NCBI GenBank assembly: GCA_036390825.1
Contig: DASWBA010000183.1
Location: forward strand, 29,102-93,101
From: Candidatus Dormiibacterota bacterium
Lineage (GTDB): Bacteria > Chloroflexota > Dormibacteria > CF-121
Length of the DNA stretch: 64,000 nt
Reading direction: 5' to 3'
Shown: in pieces, positions 35,117 through 43,322 of the stretch
How positions within the stretch are numbered: the stretch's first letter is position 1
Layout: each line of letters opens with the position of its first letter
Made by a program: the position numbers and the translations under genes
The notes under the pieces: generated by a model
Told to the model about the DNA's origin: nothing
The model's database searches: none
The model's input: only the letters and a program-made list of their open reading frames with translations

Positions 35117-35212
35117 CCCTTGATGTTGGCGGCCTCGGACTTGCTTAGTAATGGGGAATTACCCGACGGCGTGGGTCGTTTGTCCCAGTTGGGCTGAGGA
35201 CATTCTCGATGA

Positions 35213-35917
35213 TCAGTTGGCGGTCAGGCCCATCCTCGCGGCCCAGAGCACCGCTTCGGTGCGGCTGCGCAGCTCGAGCTTTCGGTAGATGTTGGCCAGG
35301 TGATTGCGAACCGTCTTGTGGCTGATCCCGCGTGCCGCAGCGATGACTGGGATCGACTTGGCCTCGCCGATCATCGTCAGGATGTCCAACTCGGTCGGCG
35401 ACAACTGGCTTGCCGGTCGGCGGGCGTGCGGCGGGCTGTCGCCAAGGCGCGCGAGCACCAGGCTCATAAGGTGCGACCCCACTGCGCGGTGGCCCGACAG
35501 AACCGTCTGTACCCCGACCAAGAACTCATCGATGGCGGCGTCTTTGGTGAACAGGCCGGCGACGCTGGTGTGGAGTGCAGCCGCCATCAGCCGTTCGTCC
35601 TCCGGTTCTCCGAGCAGGATCACCGGCACGCGCGGGGTGAGCTGGACCAGGCGCTCAGCCAGCTCTACGGCCGGAATCGGTTCCGACCGGACCTCGCAGA
35701 AGACCAGGTGCACGCCCCCCCCGAGCGCGATCTCCAGGCCTGCATCCGTGTCATGCGCGAGTTGAACCCGGGCACGCACGGGTGGAGCGGTCAACAGGCT
35801 GCCGAGCGCCGCCAGGAACAGTGGCTGGCGGTCAATCAGCAGCAGGGACGGCCCATCTTCAGGGTCGAACCGGCCTGCGCCGCTCACCCAGGCGCTGCGG
35901 CCCGGAACAACCACCAC
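35213..35917 (-). CDS. LuxR/NarL-family regulator with atypical receiver (Glu at the phospho-acceptor position)
   Basis: Receiver-like LLLIDRQPLF...VHLVFCEVRS...LFTKD, C-terminal LuxR HTH LSPTELDILTMIGEAKSIPVIAAARGISHKTVRNHLANIYRKL. Confidence 0.75.
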   Translation of the reverse strand: MVVVPGRSAWVSGAGRFDPEDGPSLLLIDRQPLFLAALGSLLTAPPVRARVQLAHDTDAGLEIALGGGVHLVFCEVRSEPIPAVELAERLVQLTPRVPVILLGEPEDERLMAAALHTSVAGLFTKDAAIDEFLVGVQTVLSGHRAVGSHLMSLVLARLGDSPPHARRPASQLSPTELDILTMIGEAKSIPVIAAARGISHKTVRNHLANIYRKLELRSRTEAVLWAARMGLTAN

Positions 35918-35975
35918 TATGGTCGCGACTGTAGGTGCTCGAGCCCATGGGGTTAATGGGATCGTCGTACTAGTT

Positions 35976-35992
35976 CACGGGATGCCGTGGGC
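35976..35992. promoter_or_regulatory. Degenerate copy of the CAC-GGA..CCGTGGGC motif
   Basis: cacgggatgccgtgggc, compared with cacaggaaatccgtgggc at 39398-39415. Lies upstream of the regulator gene at 35917. Confidence 0.3.
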
Positions 35993-36041
35993 CCCGCGTC
36001 CCGGGACTATTGCGTCCGGCTTCGGCTTCAGACTTTGGCGT

Positions 36042-36728
36042 TCAGACTTCGACCAGGCCCTTGCGAACCGCATACAGAACCGCCTGGGCACGATCGTAGA
36101 TGTCCAGCTTTTCGTACATGTTGCTGACGTGGTTGCGCACCGTCTTTTCGCTGATCTTGAGCTTGTACGCAATCTGCTTGTTGGCCATGCCGGTCGCAAG
36201 CAGCTTGAGGATTTCGACCTCGCGCGCCGTGAGGCCGTCGTAGAACTCCTTCGGCGTCGTCCCCCCGGTCAGCATTTCCAGCACACGGTTTGCGACCGCG
36301 CCGGCCATCACGCGCTCGCCGGCCACCACAGCCAGAACGCTGGACACGATGGCGCCTGCTTGAGAGTCCTTGAGGACATAGCCGCTGGCACCGGCTTTCA
36401 ATGCCTGGATCACATGGTTGTCGGCTTCGAAGGTGGTCAGCATCAAGACCTTGATCTTTGGATTCTCCGTCACGATCCTGCGGGTGGCCTCGATACCGTC
36501 GCAGTTCGGCATCTTGATGTCCATCAAGACAACGTCCGGCTTTAGCGCCAGGGCGAGTTTCACCGCGTCCGTACCGTCTACCGCCTCGCCGACGACCGCC
36601 ACCCGCTCGTCTGAGTCGAGGAGTCGGGCCAGGCCCGACCTGAACAGCGTCTGGTCATCGGCAATCAGTACTCGCGCCGCGCGGGTAGCCGTTGTCGCGC
36701 CCGTCGATAGTTGTGTTGCAGTGCTCAA
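36042..36728 (-). CDS. NarL/FixJ-family response regulator (canonical receiver + LuxR HTH)
   Basis: VLIADDQTLFRSGL, DVVLMDIKMP, LMLTTF, YVLKD. HTH LTAREVEILKLLATGMANKQIAYKLKISEKTVRNHVSNMYEKL. The TTG start overlaps the kinase stop (TTGA). Confidence 0.9.
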   Translation of the reverse strand: MSTATQLSTGATTATRAARVLIADDQTLFRSGLARLLDSDERVAVVGEAVDGTDAVKLALALKPDVVLMDIKMPNCDGIEATRRIVTENPKIKVLMLTTFEADNHVIQALKAGASGYVLKDSQAGAIVSSVLAVVAGERVMAGAVANRVLEMLTGGTTPKEFYDGLTAREVEILKLLATGMANKQIAYKLKISEKTVRNHVSNMYEKLDIYDRAQAVLYAVRKGLVEV

Positions 36729-37417
36729 ATCAGTTGCTCCTTTGGGAGAATTGCGCGAACGGTCGTCCCGCCCCCGGCTACGCTTTCGACCTCAAGCTTT
36801 CCGCCGAGGATGACCGCCCTTTCGTGCATCCCGAGCACACCCAGTCCGGGCACGCGGGTACCGGCGCCGGATTCGGCGCCCCGTCCATTGTCCTTGACCT
36901 CAACGGCCACCTGGCTGTCGAGCGCGGGGCCCAGGGCCACTTCGACGTAGCCGGCGCCGCTGTGCAACCGCACGTTAGTAAGTGCTTCTTCGATGATGCG
37001 GTAAATGTTGAGCGCCGCCTGGGCACGAAGGCGCGAAGGCCACGCCGGCGACACCGAAAGGTTCACTTTGACCTGAGTCAGCTCCTGGAAACGCGCGAGG
37101 AGGCTGCGCACCGCGTCGGCAAAGCCATCTTCGATCCCAGTCTCACCGCGAAGGTCATAGAGAACGCGACGGAGGTTCCCCAGCACATCTCGCGTGGATT
37201 CCTGCAGCTCCCCAAGCTGCCGCAAAACGCTCTGCCTGCCCGTCTGCTCGCTCTTGAAGTTTTCGAGCTCGATCAACATCGTGGTGAGGGTCTGAGCCAC
37301 CCGATCATGAAGCTCGCGGGCGAGCTCACGACGAATCTCATCAGAGCTGGCTGTGTCGCCACCCAGAACCAGGTCGCCATCGAGAGCCGAATCGCCAACC
37401 GCCAGCGGCGAAGCCAC
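36725..37417 (-). CDS. Sensor-less cytoplasmic histidine kinase (HisKA_3 + HATPase_c only)
   Basis: H-box ELARELHDRVAQTL, N-box IIEEALTNVRLHSGA, G-box DNGRG..PGLGVLGMHERA. An in-frame stop 13 codons upstream of the GTG start leaves no room for an input domain. Confidence 0.85.
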   Translation of the reverse strand: MASPLAVGDSALDGDLVLGGDTASSDEIRRELARELHDRVAQTLTTMLIELENFKSEQTGRQSVLRQLGELQESTRDVLGNLRRVLYDLRGETGIEDGFADAVRSLLARFQELTQVKVNLSVSPAWPSRLRAQAALNIYRIIEEALTNVRLHSGAGYVEVALGPALDSQVAVEVKDNGRGAESGAGTRVPGLGVLGMHERAVILGGKLEVESVAGGGTTVRAILPKEQLI

Positions 37418-37540
37418 CCTGTCCCCTTCCCCTTTCCGTGAACAACCGCTTACAGGTCACATAACGACCGATCCGAAAACCCAAGGCAAGTACCAGTCGC
37501 AGCGGGTCTTTTTTCCCCAAAAAGCCCTATGAGCACTTAA

Positions 37541-37571
37541 AGCCCACGGGAAATCCCAAGTCAATGGGTAG
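37541..37571. promoter_or_regulatory. Shared cis-motif copy 1 (AGCCCACGGGAAATCC ... ATGGGTAG) upstream of the kinase operon
   Basis: Near-identical to 39388-39409. On the minus strand it reads CTACCCAT-TGACTTG-GGATTTCCCGTGGGCT and overlaps a TTGACT -35-like hexamer. Confidence 0.5.
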
Positions 37572-37638
37572 AAGTAACCATTTTTTCCACAGGGCCCTTT
37601 CCAAACCTTCGCGCCGGGTGTCGAGATAAAGGCCCAGG

Positions 37639-38289
37639 TCAGTCGCCGACGTCCTGACTGGCAGCCGCGGCGGCCTGGGTCCGATTGCGCACCTTGAGCA
37701 CCGTCAGGACCTGATGTACATGCTTGTTCACGGTGCCGGTGGATATGCCCAGTCGAGCCGCGATCTCGCGATTGGTTCGGCCCAGGCGCAGGTGCTCGAG
37801 AACCTGCCTCTGACGAGGGCTGAGGCCGCCGATCCGGCGTGCGGAACCATGGTCAGGGCGAGCGGATCTCGCCCCCGCCCGTCGTCGGGTCGAGCTCGCT
37901 ACGGCCAGATTCCTGATCGAGGTGACCATCTCCGCCACGGGCATGGCTTTGGGCAGGAACATGTCGGCGCCCGCCCGCTTGCTTGCCGGCCCCACCCTTA
38001 CATCGAGGCTTGCGCTGATCACGGCGACCTTGACGTCGGGCCAGTTGTCCGTCAGCTCGCGGGTCGCGGCGATGCCGTCCTTGCCCGCGCCCATATAGAC
38101 GTCCATGAGGATCACGTCGACCGGGGCCTTGCGCATGACCTCATCAAGGTTGGCAGCGGAGCCGATTTCCCAGGGAATGTCGATGTCGGACTCTCGTTCC
38201 AACGCCCGCTTGAGACCCAGCCTGAACATGGGATGATCGTCGACGATCCCGATTCGGATCGCCGACCTGCGCTGACCTGCCCCTGCGAT
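37639..38289 (-). CDS. NarL/FixJ-family response regulator; start proposed at ATC (38289 or 38259), first ATG is 38229
   Basis: The acidic-pocket motif IRIGIVDDHP lies upstream of the first ATG in an open frame bounded by TAA at 38295-38293. GGAGG at 38304-38300. The rest of the receiver is canonical (ILMDVYM, VISAS, FLPKA) with a LuxR HTH. Confidence 0.8.
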   Translation of the reverse strand: MAGAGQRRSAIRIGIVDDHPMFRLGLKRALERESDIDIPWEIGSAANLDEVMRKAPVDVILMDVYMGAGKDGIAATRELTDNWPDVKVAVISASLDVRVGPASKRAGADMFLPKAMPVAEMVTSIRNLAVASSTRRRAGARSARPDHGSARRIGGLSPRQRQVLEHLRLGRTNREIAARLGISTGTVNKHVHQVLTVLKVRNRTQAAAAASQDVGD

Positions 38290-38502
38290 GGCTTATATAC
38301 CTCCAGGCAGCCCGCACGGGCCGCCGCTTCCCCAAACGACGCTGCGCATCATAAAGCACGTTCGGCTCGTGATAAGTGCTTACTTCACCTTCCGCATTTC
38401 GCCACTTCCCGGGACATTCGTCTTATTGGCTTTCGGGCGCACGGCGTGCCAATGTCCGCCTGTATGCGGCTCGGCAGCGACGTTCGCACGGGGGAGGATC
38501 GT

Positions 38503-38859
38503 ATGTTCACAGGATCGTCCGGACGGCTTTTCTACAGAGTGTTCCTACCGCTAGCTGTGTTGGTCAACCTGGGACTCGGTGTCTTCATCTTGAGCGACCT
38601 GCGACCGGAAGGTTGGGTGGGCCGGCTCGAGATTGCCACCGGCGCTTTTTGCTGCGTCGTGGCAGGCTGGTTGGCGGCGGCGGCCTGGTCCAAGTCATAT
38701 TTTGGTCGCGCTATGGCCCGGCAGATTGCGGCCTGGCGCCAGATCGCGGATGCAATCTTCGCCTGGCTGGAGGATGCGCCATTGCCTGCCGAGGCGCTTC
38801 AGCGCCTGAAGCGATCGCTGGACGAGGCGGTGCACCAACCCCGACCGACGTCGCGCTGA
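38503..38859 (+). CDS. Small two-TM membrane protein, unknown function
   Basis: GGAGG 6 nt upstream of the ATG at 38503. Hydrophobic helices VFLPLAVLVNLGLGVFIL and ATGAFCCVVAGWLAAAAW. Divergent from the regulator. Confidence 0.5.
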   Translation: MFTGSSGRLFYRVFLPLAVLVNLGLGVFILSDLRPEGWVGRLEIATGAFCCVVAGWLAAAAWSKSYFGRAMARQIAAWRQIADAIFAWLEDAPLPAEALQRLKRSLDEAVHQPRPTSR

Positions 38860-38939
38860 GCCACCGACAGCGGCCCTGACCGGGTCCTGCTCCAAGGACT
38901 TTCGAAGGCTGGCGGATCAGTCCGCCTGACGATCCCTGG

Positions 38940-39311
38940 TCAGACTCGAGCCTGGTCACGTGTGGGCTCGTGGAGAACGGGTCTTGCCATCTCCGACAAC
39001 CGCCGCAGCCGCTCTAGGGCCTGCCGCACGCTGGCGAGCAATTGCAACGCTTCGGACCTCAATCCTTCCCACTGGGCCTCAAGTTGGTCGTTTTCAAAGG
39101 CGCCTTCGCGCTGCAGGAGCTCGCGCTGGAGCGAGACCATCGAATCGAATCTTTCCATGTCCACGGTGAGCTTCATCAGGATCCGGACAAGATCGTCGCC
39201 GGCATCAACCAGGCCGTATCGCCTCTGGGTCAGCTCCACGTCCTGCCCCGGATTCCCCAACCGCGTAGCAATGGGCTTGGATCGGCGGCGTTTGACTTCC
39301 TTTCCCGTCAC
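38940..39311 (-). CDS. Hypothetical coiled-coil protein
   Basis: Only this frame gives a native-looking sequence; overlapping plus-strand frames are Ser/Arg-rich. GTG start. No family recognised. Confidence 0.45.
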   Translation of the reverse strand: MTGKEVKRRRSKPIATRLGNPGQDVELTQRRYGLVDAGDDLVRILMKLTVDMERFDSMVSLQRELLQREGAFENDQLEAQWEGLRSEALQLLASVRQALERLRRLSEMARPVLHEPTRDQARV

Positions 39312-39387
39312 TTTCCCAAGTTCACCCTAGTGTGTAACTTGACGACCCACCATCCCCAAAATCCACTGCCGCCGACCCTGTAAATCC

Positions 39388-39416
39388 ATGGGTAGCCCAC
39401 AGGAAATCCGTGGGCT
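39388..39416. promoter_or_regulatory. Shared cis-motif copy 2: ATGGGTAGCCCACAGGAAATCCGTGGGCT (7-bp inverted repeat AGCCCAC-N9-GTGGGCT)
   Basis: Read directly. Lies 77-105 nt upstream of the GTG at 39311. Shares a 16-mer (1 mismatch) and an 8-mer with 37541-37571. Confidence 0.5.
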
Positions 39417-39640
39417 GCATACCGGACTCACCCCGGCCTTTAACCTCAGGCACTTCCGGTCGCTCGAACGTTCCCCGAGTGGGGCGGTCACCGCGTGGCC
39501 GGCAGGCTTGGAAACGGCAAGATCAAACCGACCCGCAGTCGAATCGCGCGGCCTTACCTGAGGCTGAAAGGCGGATAGCTGCTCACCATCCGTTCACCTC
39601 TCATCACTGAGTTGCCGGCCGCCTGCTGCCGATTGTCCGC

Positions 39641-41971
39641 TCATTCCGCGTGCAAGACCTCGACCACGTTGGTGCGCGCCGCCCATCGGCCTGGAATGGC
39701 AGCGGCGGCGACCGCCACGAACACGCCCACGATCGGGATCACGATCAGCTCCCAGGTTGCAAAGACGTCATAGAAGACGGGTGGCGTGGTGTTGCCGCCC
39801 AGGGCGCTGAGCTGGTCGAAGAGAAACCTGTAGACCACGACGCCGGCCGGCACCGCGATCAGACCGCCCACCAGCGCCAGGAAGCCGCCCGAGGTGGCGA
39901 CCATCGCGATCATCTGTCTCGGGCTCATGCCCAGCGTTTTGAGGGTGGCGGTGTCGCGCAAGCGCTCCCGCGTGTTCAGCAAAACCGTGTTGAAGACACC
40001 GGCGATCGCGATCAACGCGATGAGGCCCGCGATGGCCAACAGGACGACCGCGATCACGCTGAGGAACGAGGTGTTGCCGGTGGTGGCGACCTGGACGTCG
40101 AGGAGGTCCGGCTGCGCCGCGGCCAGCCGTCTCACATAGGCGTCGACGTTCGAACCGGGTTTGAGCGTGACCATATAGCTGGACGGGGACAGGTCCGGGA
40201 CAGCGGCCGCGAGGGTGGCCCAGTCGAGCATCATGATGTGGCCGCCTGGGCCGGCGGTGAAGTCGTAGACCACGCCCACGATTCGCAGCTTCAAGGCGGC
40301 ACCATTCGCCGTCCCGGTGAAAGTGTCCCCCACCTTGAGATGGGCGTCCTCGAGGAATCCGCCGTTCACGACCACCTCACCTGGAGCACTGAACCATCGG
40401 CCCGAGGTCAACAGGTAGCCGAGCGCCGCCGAGTCGCCGCGGAAGGTCAGGGTATTGACCGGATCGGCGATCCCCTGAGCGGTGATGTTTGAGAACGCCT
40501 GGGCGACCACACGCTTGGTCTCCGGCTGCGAGTTGATCAGCTGGGTGGCATCCGCGTCGGCCAGGGCCGGACTCTTCGCGATGGCGACGTCCACCTTTCC
40601 AACGTGTCCCTCGTAGGAATAGATCTCGTTGAAGGTTCGGGTTTCTCCCAACGCGACCACGACGGTGGCGACGCCGAGAATGACGGCCAGCAGGGTCAGG
40701 AGCGCTCGCACCGGCCGTGCGGCCGATTCGCCGAGGCCGAGAACGATGGGCCGCGGCAGCCTCGCCATCGAAGCCAAACGGCGCAGCCAGCGGCCGCTCT
40801 GACCTCGTGGGGCCGAAGCGTTGGCGATCACGATCGCCGGCTTCAGCCGGCCCGCGCGAAATGCTGGAATCATCGCTGCGACAGTCACGATGAGCATCGC
40901 GCCGGCGAGGGCAAGCAGGCCCAGGACGGGCGAATATGACGGCTGGTAAGCCAGACCCAGCGCCTGCGAGTTGCTCGCCAGCAGCGGCTGGCTGAGAACC
41001 ATGGCGGCCGGTATTCCGACGACGGAGGCGGCCGCGGTGGGAACCAGGATCTGGAGCACGAAGACACCGATCACCTGCGTCGGGGTGAAGCCGACGGCTT
41101 TCATGATCCCGATTTCGCGATATGCGGAGATGACGATCCCCGTCACCAGGTTGGCCACGATCGCCGCCGTCGCGGCCAGCGCGAAGACGCTGAAAGCGAC
41201 CAGAACGCCGGTGAGGATCTCGGTGGAGATGTGAAAGACGGTGCGGGCAAAGATGTAGCTGATCGAGCCCGTGATGCTGTCCGGCGGAAGTGAGGCGCGC
41301 AGCGTGTCCAGGTCGGCCTGCAGCTGCGCGCTTGTCGGGTCGCCGGCGAATCGGTAGTCCACCTGAAAGAAGGAAGCGCCCTTCGTGGTGAGAGACGCGA
41401 AGCCGGATTCGATGACCCACGCATGCTGCTGACCGCCGACGTCCGCGCGGAGCTCGTCTATATCCACGACCACGCCGACGACGGTGAGGATGGGCTCCTC
41501 CGGAACGCTTAGAACTCTGAGCCTGTCGCCGATAGACACGTGGTTGAGGTCGGCGAACGACCGGGTGAGTGCGATCTCGTTGCCGCTGGACGGCCAGCGG
41601 CCGCCAGTGATGCGCAGCTGCCCAACCTCGCCCCCTGGGTTGTCCCGAGCGATGGTGGTCACCGTGTATTTGTGGCCGCCAGACTGAAACTGCATGTCGG
41701 TCGCGCGATATGGACCTTCGAACGCCGAGGCCCCGATCGCGCCCGGCGTGCTCGCGAGCGTGCCCGGATCGACCTTGCCGTCGAAATCCACCACCAGGTG
41801 GGCGCCCTTCTGCGCCTCGAATGCGGTCTGGTAAGGGTCGCTTGTCTGCGCGATGAGCGTCAGCGCGATCGTCCCCGTGCCGACCGCGAGCAGCGTGGTG
41901 ACGAAGACGACCGCGGCCTGCAGCCGCCGCCGGCGGAGATCTCGAATGGCCTTGAGCAGGACGGCGGTCAT
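39641..41971 (-). CDS. ABC transporter permease with two FtsX (MacB-type) domains
   Basis: 776 aa. Two 4-TM FtsX modules, each preceded by a large extracytoplasmic domain. The start overlaps the ATPase stop. Confidence 0.85.
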   Translation of the reverse strand: MTAVLLKAIRDLRRRRLQAAVVFVTTLLAVGTGTIALTLIAQTSDPYQTAFEAQKGAHLVVDFDGKVDPGTLASTPGAIGASAFEGPYRATDMQFQSGGHKYTVTTIARDNPGGEVGQLRITGGRWPSSGNEIALTRSFADLNHVSIGDRLRVLSVPEEPILTVVGVVVDIDELRADVGGQQHAWVIESGFASLTTKGASFFQVDYRFAGDPTSAQLQADLDTLRASLPPDSITGSISYIFARTVFHISTEILTGVLVAFSVFALAATAAIVANLVTGIVISAYREIGIMKAVGFTPTQVIGVFVLQILVPTAAASVVGIPAAMVLSQPLLASNSQALGLAYQPSYSPVLGLLALAGAMLIVTVAAMIPAFRAGRLKPAIVIANASAPRGQSGRWLRRLASMARLPRPIVLGLGESAARPVRALLTLLAVILGVATVVVALGETRTFNEIYSYEGHVGKVDVAIAKSPALADADATQLINSQPETKRVVAQAFSNITAQGIADPVNTLTFRGDSAALGYLLTSGRWFSAPGEVVVNGGFLEDAHLKVGDTFTGTANGAALKLRIVGVVYDFTAGPGGHIMMLDWATLAAAVPDLSPSSYMVTLKPGSNVDAYVRRLAAAQPDLLDVQVATTGNTSFLSVIAVVLLAIAGLIALIAIAGVFNTVLLNTRERLRDTATLKTLGMSPRQMIAMVATSGGFLALVGGLIAVPAGVVVYRFLFDQLSALGGNTTPPVFYDVFATWELIVIPIVGVFVAVAAAAIPGRWAARTNVVEVLHAE

Positions 41972-42699
41972 CGCGACACCTCCTCGCCGCGGACGCGGAT
42001 CACCTCTGATGCAGCCCGTTCCGGGCTCTCGAGGCGAGCGTCGTCGACGATCTTCCCGTCCATGACGCTGATCACCCGCGCTGCGTGTCGAGTCGCCAGC
42101 TTGGCGTCGTGAGTCACGAGCAGAATCGTCTGCCCGTCGCGGTGCAGCCGGCCCAGGAGCTCCATCACCTGGTCGCCGGTGTGCGTGTCGAGCGCGCCGG
42201 TGGGCTCGTCGGCGAGAAGCAGTGTCGGGTTGTTGATCAGGGCGCGGGCGATCGCCACGCGCTGCTGCTGGCCGCCACTCAGGCGCGCCGGATACCGGTC
42301 TGCCACTGCCTTGATGTCGAGCTGCTCCAGCAGCTCACGCGCGCGTCCAGGCACAGCATCGCCTTTGAGCTGGGCGGGGATGAGGATGTTCTCGAGCGCG
42401 GTCAGGTTCGGCAGCAAATAGAAGAACTGGAAGACGAAGCCGATGTGGTCGCGCCGAAACCTGGCCAGACCCGCCTCGCCAAGCTTGCCGAGATCCGTGC
42501 CGCCCACAGTGACCGTGCCCGAGCTCGGCCGGTCCAACCCGGCGACCAGGTTGAGCAGGGTGGATTTGCCGCTACCCGAAGGGCCCATGATCGCGGCGAA
42601 CTCGCCCTTTTCCACGACCACTGAGATGCCGTTGAGGGCGCCCGTGATCCCGCCCTGGTACACCTTGGTCACTTCGGAGAGCCGCACCAGCTCGCTCAT
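41968..42699 (-). CDS. ABC transporter ATP-binding protein (MacB/LolD type)
   Basis: [42 protein letters not shown] at 42699 overlaps the padR stop (ATGA). Confidence 0.9.
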   Translation of the reverse strand: MSELVRLSEVTKVYQGGITGALNGISVVVEKGEFAAIMGPSGSGKSTLLNLVAGLDRPSSGTVTVGGTDLGKLGEAGLARFRRDHIGFVFQFFYLLPNLTALENILIPAQLKGDAVPGRARELLEQLDIKAVADRYPARLSGGQQQRVAIARALINNPTLLLADEPTGALDTHTGDQVMELLGRLHRDGQTILLVTHDAKLATRHAARVISVMDGKIVDDARLESPERAASEVIRVRGEEVSR

Positions 42700-43229
42700 T
42701 CCGTTCTTGCCCCCTCCGCCCCGAAACGTTCTGAAGAAAGCTCGTCGATCCATTTGAGGTCTGCCTCCGTGTGAAGTAGTGCGCCGCGTACGAGCCGCGC
42801 CAGGTCTAGTCGGCCGTCACGGCGAGCCCGTTCTTCCAGCCGGTTGAGGTCCCGCAAGCGCTGCAGGTAGGCGCGCTTCTGGCGAGCGAGGATCCCGTCC
42901 AGGTCGCCGTTCGCGATGCGGGTCGCGAGGAGGAGCTTCACGTAGATGTCCTCGTGCAGCTGCTGGGGCCCAGAGTCAGGCTGGGCAAGCCACTGTTTGA
43001 GCGCCTTCTGGCCCTCAGGCGAAAGCTCGTAGAGGAGCTTGCCGCGGTCACCGCGTGGACCAGCGGGCCGCACGAGCCCGTCCCGCTCCAGGCGCTGGAG
43101 GGTCGTGTAGATCTGGCCGATATTGACTTCCCAGGTCCCACCCAGCATCGCCTCAAAACGGTTTTTCACCTCATAGCCGTGGAGCGACTCCTCCGCCAGG
43201 AGCCCCATCACGCCGTACTTAAGGGACAT
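42696..43229 (-). CDS. PadR-family transcriptional regulator
   Basis: VMGLLAEESLHGYEVKNRFE...IYTTLQRLERDGLV wHTH signature with a C-terminal helical extension. Confidence 0.85.
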   Translation of the reverse strand: MSLKYGVMGLLAEESLHGYEVKNRFEAMLGGTWEVNIGQIYTTLQRLERDGLVRPAGPRGDRGKLLYELSPEGQKALKQWLAQPDSGPQQLHEDIYVKLLLATRIANGDLDGILARQKRAYLQRLRDLNRLEERARRDGRLDLARLVRGALLHTEADLKWIDELSSERFGAEGARTE

Positions 43230-43248
43230 AGCCCTCTCTTACATACAC

Positions 43249-43270
43249 AGTATGCATGCTTAGTATGCAT
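43249..43270. promoter_or_regulatory. Candidate PadR operator: AGTATGCAT direct repeat (each containing the ATGCAT palindrome)
   Basis: agtatgcat gctt agtatgcat in an A+T-enriched patch 20-40 nt upstream of the padR ATG. Confidence 0.45.
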
Positions 43271-43322
43271 AGCCTCGTCGGTCCTGTCAAGGCCTGGCTG
43301 AACGCGGTCTACGTGGGGCGGT

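Noticed and set aside
37505-37530. An A/T-rich hairpin GGGTCTTTTT-TCCCC-AAAAAGCCC, and a second T-run (37588-37600), downstream of the response-regulator gene.
   Set aside because: The stem is mostly A:T with a bulge and is not followed by a U-tract in the transcribed (minus) orientation, so it is not a convincing intrinsic terminator. The low-G+C patch is better explained as the promoter region of the kinase operon.
37547-37556. GGGAAATCCC looked like a palindrome inside the shared motif.
   Set aside because: Its reverse complement is GGGATTTCCC, so it is not self-complementary. The real symmetry is the AGCCCAC/GTGGGCT arms seen only in copy 2.
39421-39640. A possible structured RNA in the 330-nt gap downstream of the ABC permease. 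It shows complementary CCTCAGG (39446-39452) / CCTGAGG (39568-39574) and a small hairpin CCCCGAGTGGGG. A 66-aa plus-strand ORF (39410-39610) also lies here.
   Set aside because: I could not match it to any riboswitch or sRNA family consensus by eye. The long-range pairing is only 7 bp. The ORF is Arg/Pro/Ser-rich and lacks an SD. It is worth a covariance-model (Rfam) scan but is not supportable as a feature.
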